Of a stretch of DNA of 64,000 nucleotides, positions 26,803-39,185 are shown one piece after another; position 1 is the first letter of the stretch, and every line of letters starts with the position of its first letter. The stretch spans positions 230,857,326-230,921,325 of the forward strand of contig NC_085841.1 in NCBI RefSeq assembly GCF_035594765.1, given 5' to 3'. Source of the stretch: Anolis carolinensis (taxonomy: Eukaryota). A program made the translations under genes and the position numbers. The notes under the pieces are model-generated. The model saw only the letters and a list, made by a program, of their open reading frames with translations. It was not told where the DNA came from and did not search any database.

Positions 26803-28150
26803 ATGTATACCTTTTAAGTTACAATAGGTTTACACAAAACTAACCTGGCCTAAGTCCAATTGTCCAGTCATAATATACCTTTCACATCAATGTTCGTTAA
26901 ATAAGTGTTGGTTCACTGAGTTTCTATTGATCCACTGAGTTTATTTCAGATGGAAGTTATAGCTGGATATAGGCCAATAGCTACTTTTTACAGATATGAG
27001 TAAAAAACTGGTGTGTGCACTATACTGGAGTAAAAATAGTTGTGTGCATGCTTGCACTTCCTTAGGGACTGCATCACTGCCTGACATATTGCACTCAATG
27101 CAAACAGTCTTCTCTCATATTATTGACTTGGTGAATGAGCATCTGAGGACAACATAGCTTTTTATAATGCTTTCAGATGAAAATATTGATTTTCTTAAGC
27201 ATAAACTGCTCTAGGATTTTACAGAAGTGGTTACTGTAGTACCATCATCAAATGGCTTCATATTGAGAAAAAGGCTGTTACCTCACATGAGTTGAGGAAT
27301 TGTATTGTTAAAGCAAAGAAATTTAAGAATAGAATAATTATCTTAACTAAATCTCTAGTAAGATAAAATCAACAGAACAGGGAAGAAGGTTTTTCTTCCC
27401 ATATTTTGGATTTTTTATATTAAAACAAACGCTGTTATGATTTGTCCTCCTTTGGTCAAATTCCCTCCAGTTTCTAGATTATTTGGGGGCAGAGATTAGA
27501 TTTGTGTGTGTGTGTGTGGGGGTGAAATCCTGAAAATGCATGTAGAATTTCTCCAATCCCCCCTTGATATGTAAGTGGCATCCTTCCTTTGTATTGCTCT
27601 GACAGAGAAGAAAATATACTATTTTTGCAGTAACTGGGAACTTTGCTTGAACCCCCTATCTGTCATTGGAAGGGAAAATATAAAATCTCCTGTGACCCTT
27701 GTCATCTGCCCAAAACCATATAACTGTAGTTTAAATAAACTTGAATAATTTCTTTCACAAAGTCATGCAACTTTTCACAATGCCATCTCAGGTATATATA
27801 GAAATGAGAAAGAATATTGGATTGTCCAAGAATCATTTGCATGATAGTATATTTGTTCTGGTAATATCATGTCTTGGTTCTTTAAAGTTTGAAACTATAT
27901 TGCTTTACATATGTACAAATATTCTCGCCATTCCCCTACCCTCTTTCAATTTATGGTTGAATCTGAAGACCTAATTCCCATTGTCATTCAGTACTAGGAT
28001 AGCACTCGTGTATCCTACATGAGCATAAGTTTATCAGTGTACTACTGGTTCAGTGTGTCTACTTTAGTTGCAGTGAATTGGATTTGGATTAAAGTGTTTA
28101 ATGATGTGTGAACTTTCAGCAACAATTTAACTAATGTCAATTAACTGCAG

Positions 28151-28340
28151 GTGGTCTACAGTGGAAAAGAATTGAACCATCCATTTGGACTGTCACACTA
28201 CAAGAATTATATTTTTTGGACAGATTATATAAATGGCTCTATTTTCCAACTGGATTTGACGGCTAGTAATGTTACACTTCTAAGAAGTGAGAGATCACCT
28301 CTGTTTGGGCTGCAGATTTATGATTCCCAGAAGCAGCAAG
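28151..28340 (+). CDS. LRP1B: LRP1B exon (~14), end of propeller 2
   Basis: ctgcag| and |gtattg; 190 nt; [36 protein letters not shown]...[13 protein letters not shown]. Confidence 0.95.
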
Positions 28341-29694
28341 GTATTGGAAAGTATTTTCTGCATTCACACTAAGCATTGTTTAACATTAGTTACAGAAAAT
28401 ACAATTTATTTCACATTGCCTCCACCTTTGCAAGGGGCTTACTGTGTAAGCACCAATACAAAACAGATAAAGAACCAAAGTATCAAATCAAAGAAGCTAG
28501 GAAGTAAATGTAGAAAAAGCTGCTCATTTCAATTGAAATAATATGTTTTCAATGGATATAAATTGCAACTGACATGCAGGACTAATGCACATGTGAGGTG
28601 AAAAAACATGCCGCTATTAGCAGAGCAGAGACATTAATTTAATATTGTAATATAATATTATTTTCCTCTTGGTCTATAAAATATTATTGGGTGTTGTCAG
28701 ATTCACATAATAGTTCTACACTTAGGCTTTCTCCATTTGCAATTATTTGTGTGTTCAAAGGTTTGATGAAGTTATTTTCCGTTTCCCTTGATAAGCTTTT
28801 CTATGTGTTTTAAGTTGTAGATATGGGCAATCCACTAGGTAACTTGGAGTGTTGTGACATAAAAATATTGTGCTTCTTTTTTTTTAAAAGTGACATTTTT
28901 GAGATTACATTTTAATCTCAATTTGGAAATGAAAAGACTATAAACAATATCTTTATAACATCGTTTAGTTCTTCTGTTTTGGCAAGACAGGTTCTAGTCT
29001 TGATCCTTCCCCTGTTTAGAGTCAAATAATATAATAGTGGAATGATCTCTCATTCTGTACATTATTTCCTTTTTTAAAAGCACGATGAGATTGTTTATGT
29101 TTAAACTAGGAAAACCCCCCCCAAAGAAAAGCATAATGTAATGTCCATCTTTAAATAACTGAAGAACTACTACATAGCTGACAGAATGTGTTTGTAATTT
29201 TGTAATTCAAATTACAAAATTCAAAAACATTTATTCTTAATGTATTGGAAGAATTTCCTACCAGTCTGGGATATTTGGTGGTAAAACGTGGTGCTTAGAA
29301 GATCATAAATTCATAAATACTATAAAAGTCTTTATAAAAACCAAACAAGAAAAGGTTAAATCAAAGAAACAAAACCTGGATCCCTAGCCGAAGAAGCTCT
29401 GGCTCTTCCTGCAAGGCAGAAACGCCAGCTCCGTGTGATTGCTTCCCCTGAATGTTCTGAGAAATTACAATTGGGAGATTCCACTCCTGAGATTGCAGTC
29501 CACCTGGTGCAGCAGAGCATCAGTTTTAACAGTGAGTTCAGGGCTTCCAGCAGACCAGAGGCTCAGTGCCTCAGCCTGCATGGCTTTGCCTGCATGTTCT
29601 TCTCTGCTTTGAGATATTGCTGTTCACTGAGGAAGTTTGGGTTAGTTCACACTTGTGCTTTTTATTCCTGGTACTATATGTTTCACTTCAAGAA

Positions 29695-29729
<35 letters not shown>

Positions 29730-29897
29730 CAAGGGAGGGAGGCTGAAATTGCAGTATGAAAAAAACAATACTGTTTTGTCTTGCTGTTACACTGGCTAAC
29801 ACACATTTTGTTGCCTCAAATGTACTTCCTTGCCTCAATGGCTGGATGGAACCAAGTACTGCCTATTCATTTCAGAGATTGTATATATTATACATTA

Positions 29898-30220
29898 CAG
29901 TAGAGTCTCACTTATCCAACATTCGCTTATCCAACGTACTGGATTATCCAACGCATTTTTGTAGTCAATGTTTTCAATACATCGTGATATTTTGGTGCTA
30001 AATTCATAAATACAGTAATTACAACATAACATTATTGCGTATTGAACTACTTTTTCTGTCAAATTTGTTGTATAACATGATGTTTTTTGTGCTTAATTAG
30101 TAAAATCATAATCTAATTTGGTGTTTAATAGGCTTTCCTTAATCTCTCCTTATTATCCAACATATTCACTTATCCAACGTTCTGCCGGCCCGTTTATGTT
30201 GGATAAGTAAGACTCTACTG
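29898..30220. mobile_element. Tc1/mariner MITE
   Basis: TIRs cagtagagtctcacttatccaac / gttggataagtaagactctactg; TA TSD. Confidence 0.9.
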
Positions 30221-30580
30221 TATTTGTTATTTATAAGATACATTTTCTTATTTAAAACACATAACAAAAAATTGGGGTGTTTTTTTGAGGGGCTAGAATA
30301 GATTATTAGCATTTCAGTGCATTTCAGTGGGAAAATTCAATTTGGATAAGAATGTTTTGACTTAAGAACACAGTCACAGAACGAGTTGAATTCTTAAGTC
30401 AAGGTATCACTGTATTACAGTTTACAATGAACAAAACATGTAATACCTGCAAGACAATTGTGGAAGAAAATAAATTGAAAAAATGGAAAAGAAGGTAATA
30501 GACAAAGGGATGCTGTAGTAATTGGATTCCTTTTTAAAGAGGGAATGAGAATAGATAGCTTTTGAGGTCCCTTTTATTGC

Positions 30581-31879
30581 TGTATGACATTGTAGAATTT
30601 ATGCAATTTGACAAAACTAAGAGTCATGGCTCAGTGCTATGAAACTATGAGAGTTGTAGTCTGGTGAAGCACCAGTGCTATTTGCAGAGAAAGCTAAAAG
30701 CCTTGCAAAACTACAACTTCCGTGATTCCATAATGTTGATCCATAGCAGTTAAAGTGGAGTCAAATTGCATTAATTCTGTGTGTGGATGCACCCTTAGAT
30801 AATTCACACATTCTCAGCTTCAGAGGATGCAAAGGCACACTCCCTCTGGAGAAATATTACCAAGAAAACTCTTTGATGGGTTCACCTTAGGGCCACCATA
30901 AATCAGAAATGACTTGAAAGCACACAGCACTCTAACTACAAAGAATACACAAGATGCTAGATTTCATGCTAAAGCTTCCCCATAATGGGAGGATGACAGT
31001 GTAAACTATAGTAAAATATTTATTTTGAAAGATACAAACACCTGAATTGTACATCGCTACCCATAAAGTCATCCCAACTTGGAACATGTTTTTTTTCCCT
31101 AGGAGTTCAATTCATGATGGTGAGATCCATTGTAGAAAATCCTCCATAACCTTTCCTGTCATGCATTTCTCATAGGTTGCTACAATTTGCTTTGTTCAGA
31201 ACACAGAACAGAACTTTTTTTTCCAGTATTGGAATTGTGTCTTTTTACTCTCAAGATCCCTCCCTGTGTCTGATACTCGGGCTTCAAGATGGCAGATGGC
31301 TGTGCTGATCAGTGGCTTCAGTGTAGTAGACCAGGGGTTGCTATTGAATTAATGCAGTTTGACACTATGTTAACTGCCCTGGCTCAATGCTATGGTATTA
31401 TGGTAGTTTGGTGAGGCAGCTGTACCCTTAGACAAAAAGGGTACAAACCCAGTAAAATTACAACTCCCATGGTGTCATAGCATTGAGGCACATCAGTTAA
31501 AGTCATTTCAGGTTGTATTAATTGCACAGTGGAGATGCCCCCAGCTTACACTCCTCCCCCCCCCCCCCAAAAAAATAGGCACTCTTCATAACTCTAAATA
31601 GTTGACTACTTTCAAGCTTGCCCCTTTTATTTATTCATGAAGGTTAACTGTAATATCATGGATTTCAATATTACTCAATTATATCAATATTATTATTGTA
31701 TAGTTTGGCACCACTTTAACCGCTATGGTTCAATTATATTGAACCATGAAAGTTGTAATTTGGGTTTTTAGCTTTCTATGTTAGAGTGCTGTTGCCTCCT
31801 CAAACTAGAACTCCCATAATTCCATAGCAATGAATCATAGCAGTTAAAATGCATTAATTCTACAGTGTAAATGTAGCCT
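30581..31879. mobile_element. Cluster of three Harbinger-type palindromic MITEs (~30581-30794, 31346-31542, 31699-31879) and an RTE/BovB-tail SINE fragment (~30820-30930)
   Basis: Each MITE shares the gcattaattctacagtgtagatg-type arm of the 6462 element; cttagggccaccataaatcagaaatgacttgaaagcacac is the SINE tail. Confidence 0.7.
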
Positions 31880-32523
31880 CCAATTAGTCCCAACCCATTA
31901 AGTTTGTTAAAGTTAAAGCTTTTGAAGTTTACTTTTCTATAAGTAGTTCTTCTTCTTCTTCTTCTTCTTCTTCTACTACTACTACTACTACTATTTTTAT
32001 TTAAACACAGAGTAATATTAAATTCAGTAACCATTTCATAATACAAACAGAATGTCATTCTCTTAAATTTCTTAACATTACTGATTCCGCATTTATCTCC
32101 TAAATGTCTATTGATACTTCTCCCTTACCCCCCCTTACCCCCCCCCCACCATCAGGGAACGGTACTCTCCTTCATTAAAATATTATTTTAGTTGATTAAT
32201 CGTAGATAGAGTATGGTTCAGTTCCTTGTATTTTCCTTTTACTCTATCTCCTTTCAAGGATGTAATCTTAGAGCATGAAATCAGCTAAATATTTAAACTA
32301 TTTTTTGACTTCCCACTTTCTATGTACTTTCCAGCCCAAAAGAAACTGTTGCTTGGGCGGCTACGGTCATATTTTATCAATTTGACCCAATTTTTAATGT
32401 TTTCGTTCCTTTCTACTTTCTGGGTGAAGAATTCTTTTTTTATTATTATTATTCAATTCCAGTTTATGCCGTATTATTTTTTCCATTTCCCTCTTTACCT
32501 TGTTATAAAATGTTTGTACTTTG

Positions 32524-32673
32524 TGTTGTCAAAGGCTTTCATGGCCGCAATCACAGGGTTGTTGTGTGTTTTCCTCACAACCTCTAAGGATGCCTGCCAT
32601 TGATGAAGGCGAAATGTCAGGAGAGAATACTTCTGGAACACGGTCATACAGCCTGGAAAACATACAACAACCC
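32524..32673. mobile_element. Penelope-like terminal-repeat fragment with inversion, nested in L1
   Basis: gggttgttgtgtgttttcc and its reverse complement ggaaaacatacaacaaccc; 13-bp TSD t(g/a)tttgtactttg (32511-32523, 32674-32686). Confidence 0.8.
32581..32621 (+). ncRNA. Minimal type-I hammerhead ribozyme relic (G5A)
   Basis: cct-CTAAGGA-t-gcct..aggc-GAAA-tg-TC-agg; the layout matches Penelope hammerheads. Confidence 0.7.
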
Positions 32674-35600
32674 TATTTGTACTTTGCCACATTCCCACCA
32701 CTTATGCACATAGGGGCCAATTTTTCAACATCTATGCTAACATAATGTTGTGGTTGATTTAGTTATGTGAACCATTTTAATTGGGGTTCTATAACATTTG
32801 GTCAGCATTTTCCTTTGTGTTTCTCTAGTCCTTATGTGATTGATTTTTTTTTAATTGAATTGATCCAGTATTCAGTGTCTGACACGTTACTATTCAGGTC
32901 CTCTTTCCTTAGCTCAGTCAATGTTTGTTTCAAATTATATTGTTTTCCAGCTAATTTCTTGTATATGAAACCCATTAGGCCTTTCTCCTTCTCTAATTTC
33001 CACTTTAAAATTTGGTCAAAATCTGTTTCTGAACCTTCCTATTTCTTGCAGTCCATAGTCCTTTGTTTCAACCTATTCCATAAAGGCCAGTAACATTGAA
33101 CACAATTATCTTTTATCTTCTTCCAATTTTTGATTGTCTCGTCTGGGTTTAGGAGATCTCTTATCAGTTTCATTTCTTTTTGTTTTTAAAAATTTATCAC
33201 TTTTCCCAATACATGCTCATTTTTATTGCCTAGAACCCTATTGGGAGTATATCTACTTTAGTCAATGGAAATTTGCCTTTCAATTTTTTTCAGCACTACA
33301 TAGATGAGATCATTGGGCCACCTTTAATCTCTTTCAGTGCTTTATTATTCACCATCCTTTTAAACATAGGCAATGAACCCATCAATTTATTATTTTTTCA
33401 ATTCTGGTCCATTTTCTGGAATCATTGAAATTCTAAGTGTCTTGTTAATTGGCAAGTATCAAAATAATCCTGTAAATTGGGTGCCCCCCATCCTCCAGTT
33501 CCTTCTGGGGAGTAAAATATTGATTTGGTGATTCTATTTCTGTTTGCTTCTGCTATCCAAGTTTTTATTGAGTTACCTGATTGTTTTGTTGAGATTCTAT
33601 ATGGTAAGATTTGGAATAGGAATAAAAATTTGGGGAAAGCCATCATTTTGATTGTCTTAATTTTACTTGACATATCCCAATTCTGGTTATTCCAATTAAG
33701 AATTCAATTGTTTACCTTTTCCATAGGTAATTATAATTCAATTAAATTGTTTTATTTATTTTTGGGGGGTATTTAAACCCCTAAATATTTTAATTTCTTC
33801 TCACCTAATTTATTCCCAAGATAGCCTGTATTTCTTTTAAGTATTTCAAAGTCAGGTTTTAAGTAGAATTTCTGATTTTTGAATGTTAATGGCCAACCCT
33901 GATAACTTTTCAAATTTCTTTATGATGCTAATAACTTCTTTTATAGACATCTCCAGTGACCCCAAAAGAACCATGGCATCATTGGCAAATAAATTAATTT
34001 TTATTAAGTCCCTCCCAATGTTAAATACTTTAATTTTGTTATCATTTCTAATGAAATTTGCTAAAGGTTTTATTGCCAATGCAAAGAGGATAGGGGAGGG
34101 GGGCAGCATTGCTTAGTCCCACTTTTAATATTATTTTTTCTTGTTCTGGTCCTGTTGATGAATAATTGTGCCTGATTATCTTTATAAAGTTCCTTTATTA
34201 CTTCACAAAATTTCCTCCCTAAATTAGAATCTTCACAGACTTGATAGAGATATTGGTGGTTTACCATGTCAAAAGCTTTGTAAACATCCAATTTGTAATA
34301 ATAGGAGTTTTCTCGCTTTCTCTCGTACCTTGGTTAATTATATTAAGTATATTTTGGATTGGATCTGCTAGTCTTCTGTTTTTAATAAAAACCGTATTAG
34401 TCTTCCTCTATTAATTTTGATATTATGTCTATCAACCTATTAGCAAGGATTTTTTTATTAAAAAAATATAATTTACATTGCATAGAGTAATTGGCCTGTA
34501 AGAGTTGGGGTTGGTTTCCTCTGGGTTTTAAAATTGTGATTATTTCACACCTTTTCCATGTTTCAGGAATGGTTCTGTTCTTTAATACCTCATTAAATAA
34601 AATTTCTAAATTAGGGATAATTTCAGACTGGAATATTTTGTAAAAGATAGAGGTAAAGCTGCCAGAACCAGGGGAAGGGTTTGGTTTCAGATTATTAATA
34701 ACCTTACTAATAATAGTTTTTTTTCCCAGCCCTGCTTACGCCTGTGGGCCTATTTTTCTTGTAATAATTCCCTCTGTTTTTCCAATTTCTTTATCTGTGT
34801 ACAGTTTTTCATAATAACTTGCCTTTATTTCCCTCAGATCTTCCTGCTTAGTTTTTATTTGTCAATTTCCATCCTTCAATTTTGTTATAATATTCCTCCC
34901 TTTCTTTTTTAGATAACTTGCTAATCTCTTTGTGTTATTCTGGAAGTCATTTTTTACAAACAAGTATTTTTGTTACTTCAATTTTCTATAAATCTTCTAA
35001 TAACTTCTTATTCTCTTTTTGTCTTTATTTCAGTCTGATATGGGTTTTTTGGAAATGCTGAAATAATTTATCTCCTTTCAGTTTTAGGCTCTCACTTCTC
35101 TCTTTTAATCTTTTTTTAACTACCCTTTTTCATTGCGATACATCTTTCTCTGATCATGGCTTTAAAGGTGTCCCAAATTGTGTTCTCCTTTAGGTCAGGC
35201 AATCTATTAATTCTAAAATATTGCTTTATTTCATCTTTTATCTCTTGTTTGTCCTGTTCCCTAAATGCAACCAGTGGATTAAATCTCTACTTATATTCAG
35301 TCTTCCTACTACTATATCCCAGTTTTAAGAAGAGAGGTGCATGATCTCTTCGCCACCTACTTCCCAATGATGATTCGATAATCTATTGTGGAAAATTTAT
35401 CATGCGTAGCTAAAAAAATGTGTGGGAGTGTCAACTCTTTATCCAACTTTTTCATTAATTTCACAAATATTCAATTTCTTGAAATTACTTTTACTTTCTT
35501 CCCCATTATTACTTGCCCTATTATTCTTCCTTTTCTTATATAAATCTAAATTCAGGTCCCCTCCAATGAATATACCCCCTCTGCCTTCTGTTCTATTTTT

Positions 35601-36212
35601 TAAAAAGTTTTATTAATGAATCTTATTTGTTGCTGGGTGGGGGCATAAATACTAATTAGTGAAATTTGCAATTATTTATTTTCCCACTTACCATTATAAG
35701 CCTCCCATCCATATCAGTAGTTATTTTCTCTTCTTCTTCTACTACTACTATTGTACATCTTATTACATGTTCATATTTGTTATAATTTATTTGTTAACTC
35801 ATAAATTGATCTGGATGACTTGTAGATGATGGGGAATTTGGTATTTATCCTCAGTTTTCTGTTGCTTTTCTAATGAAAATTGTGGTGTGAAGAATATTAT
35901 TGCAGCATTTGAGAACAGCTTAAAGATCAAGGTTTCATTTACTTCTGGTATCAGTACAATTTCAAGCCGACATGGTGATAGATTATTTGTTATAGGGTAA
36001 TGATATGGTTATCTCTTGTGATGAAGAATAATAAAGTCTTCATACAAATTTATTTCGGTTACTGCTTGAGCCAAATTGATTTTTCCCTCATTTACTTAAT
36101 GAGAATAGACGATAATCCTATGTTGCTAGTTAAGCGTGTATTAAGAGCTTCTTAACAGTGGATCCTTAGTTAATTAATGATCCTTGCTTTTAATATATTT
36201 TAAAGGATGTTC

Positions 36213-36560
36213 TGTTGTTGCTAGTTAGCTGGCTTTGACTTATAGTGACCCTATGAATGAGAGGCCTTCAAGTCCCCTGATCATCAACAGCCCTGCAGAC
36301 TCATGATCATGGCTTCCTTAAAGCTACCTAGAACGTGGTCTTCCTTGTTTCCTACTGCTTTCTATCTTACCAAGCATTATTGTTTTTTCTAGTGAGTCTT
36401 TTCTACTGAGATTGTCTTACTTTAGGCACATTGCAAGAAGTCATAAAATGTCCAAAGTATGACAGTCTCAATCTAGTTATTTTAGCTCCAGAGTGAGTTA
36501 GTACTATAGCACCCATTTATCTTTTTAGCAATCCATTGTCTCCCAAGATATGCTCTGCCA
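36213..36560 (-). mobile_element. RTE/BovB-type LINE 3' fragment
   Basis: gacttatagtgaccctatgaat..ggtcttccttgtttcctactgc..aagcattattgttttttctagtgagtc..tgtccaaagtatgacag. Confidence 0.7.
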
Positions 36561-37181
36561 ATATATCACCCCACCCCACCCCATCCAAAAAAATCCATTG
36601 CTCTGCCCAGTTGCTGTTTGACACAGTTTGTCTGTCTCCTCAGCAAATACCTATCTGACATGGGATACCCTACCAGCAGGATTGCTGCTATCAGCATTAT
36701 ATTTACAAGTTGATTTGATTTTAAAATGAGAGCATCCATCCTGTAAATAGTCATAAATAGTGATAAAATGTGCAACTAAACTTTTATGTGTCCTCACTAA
36801 GCCAGGAACAGTATGGGACCAAGTTGGGACAGATGGGAAACAGCATAGAAAGGTTAAGGGAGTGATGGGGGATGCTACCTGACAGTTTCCCTCACTGCCC
36901 CATGAATTCATCCCTCTGCCTAATGGATTTCCTCACTGTCTCCTGGCTTATGGACCTCCATAATTAAGACACAAGGATATTCTGCATGGGAGACATGCAA
37001 TTCTGAAGTGCTGTTTCCCTTGCATTTAATTTTTTTGTAGGAATCCAGGATCTAAAATACAGTTTTAAAAACACTTCCAATGTATTTATTCTATATGAAT
37101 GCAGGGTGGTCATGAATGCTTATGAGAAAAATAGTCCCTTAAGTTGGCCATCTGAAGGCATGGGGACTAGATCCCTTGCTT

Positions 37182-37394
37182 GAACTTCCTTTCTGTGAGA
37201 TCTGTTCGGCAGTGGAACTCTCTCTCCCGGACTGTGGTGGAGGCTCCTTCTTTGGAGGCTTTTAAACAGAGGCTGGATGGCCATCTGTCGGGGGTGCTTT
37301 GAATGCGATTTCCTGCTTCTTGGCAGGGGGTTGGACTGGATGACCCATGAGGTCTCTTCCAACTCTACTATTCTATGATTCTATGATTCTATGA
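37182..37394 (+). mobile_element. Short CR1 3' end
   Basis: Near-identical to the ends of the 22433 and 51229 copies; (attctatg)n tail. Confidence 0.92.
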
Positions 37395-37671
37395 CTGTCT
37401 TTTTGTGGATTTTCATTGAAACTCTTTTTAGTTTTAAATAACTTTGTAAAATGAATTATATAAAAGCAAATGAATAATGACACATCACTCTGATCAGGAT
37501 AAAGAAAGAAGGAATGTATGGATAAATCAATAGAGAGATAGACAGATTTTACTAACCCTTATGTATTTTAAAAGACGAAGAAGCAAGACCATGCCTGAAT
37601 TATCTCATGTTATCGCTGTTGCACCAGTAAAGAAAAAAAACAGCATTGATCTTAGTGTTTTTGCTAAATAA

Positions 37672-37947
<276 letters not shown>

Positions 37948-39044
37948 TAATGTCTAATAGACAATTCTCCATGTATTCCATCATGAGCGATATTGTACTG
38001 AACACAGTAGTCAAAATATTGAAAGCTTCGCCTGTCCTAACCCCTTAGGATTATGAAAGGTGTACAGCATTAAATGAAGTGGAGAAAATCTTTTTGAAAT
38101 TTGAAAAAAATGCAGCTTCTTTTAAAAGCTGAGTGTACATTCTGAAATTATAAAAGCTACGGCAACATTTTGTCCAGGTTGTCAACCTCTTTTAAAGTGT
38201 TCTTATTTCAGTTACATTATACATGAAAAAGTCTCCCACGTGCTTAAGAAATGGAAGTAAAATATAATTCCTGCTTCTCACTTTGAATGCAAGACATAGC
38301 ACAGCACACAAAATGGTGCAGGGGAGTAGGCCTGCATGCATGCTTGAACATAATTGGCTTTAAAGCAAGATGATGGATTGAGGCAGCAAACTGATTTCTT
38401 TGTCTTCTTCCACACTCCCATCACTTCTAATGTTCTAAACCTTATTGAACAAACTAAACAATTCAGTGATGTGTAACGGCATAATCAATTAGAAGTGTTT
38501 ATTTAGGAAGTCCATACCTGACAAATTTTAAAACCTAGCCGCTATCTTGGCAGGTCATATATGTCAGTGCTGATCCAAGTGGAGTACTCCAGATCAGTGC
38601 CATGGAGTCTGCACAACCAGCTGCCAAGCCGGTTTAGTGGCTGATTGATGTCTGCATTGCATGGCAACAAGCGCATCCAGTTGGATGCTTCTGGAACACA
38701 ACCCTTACTTTCCCTAACATCCCCGTCACATTAGGGGAAACCCAGGAGGGTACCCATTCTGATTTATCATCCTCCGAGAAGGAGAAGGGTATTTGTTTTC
38801 ACAGTTCTGATGAAAAAACATTTTAGAAAAAAAAAATAAACCAGATTCAGGAGAGCAACTGAATAATTAAAAATACTATCCATATATTCAATATTTTCAT
38901 ATATTGGTCGTACAGGAAACTCCACATGAAATTATTATAAATATGTAAAATTTAGCAAATTCGCATGTGTAATATAGGGGTGTGGGGGAGAACCTTATAC
39001 TGACAACTTATAACTACATTTCTGTTATGCATCTTTCTCCTCAG

Positions 39045-39185
39045 TTATGTCTGAAGAAGTTTTACCCAAATTATGCAAAGTGGGAGAGTTTCAGTGTCAG
39101 AACAGGCGCTGCATTCAAGACCGATGGCGTTGTGATGGTGATGATGACTGTCTGGATGGATCAGATGAACATTCTGAGCTTTGCT
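39045..39185 (+). CDS. LRP1B: LRP1B exon (~16), LDL-A repeat CR3
   Basis: cctcag| and |gtatgt; 141 nt; [37 protein letters not shown]. Confidence 0.95.

Larger units (their letters stand above)
31994..35730 (-). mobile_element. Degenerate L1-clade LINE (endonuclease to 3' end of ORF2)
   Basis: DGRLIMVSGK (EN); DVYKAFDMV, GTKQ, SPILFALAIKPLA..LFAND, GGWGAPNL (RT); A-rich coding strand; matching microsatellite flanks. Confidence 0.85.
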
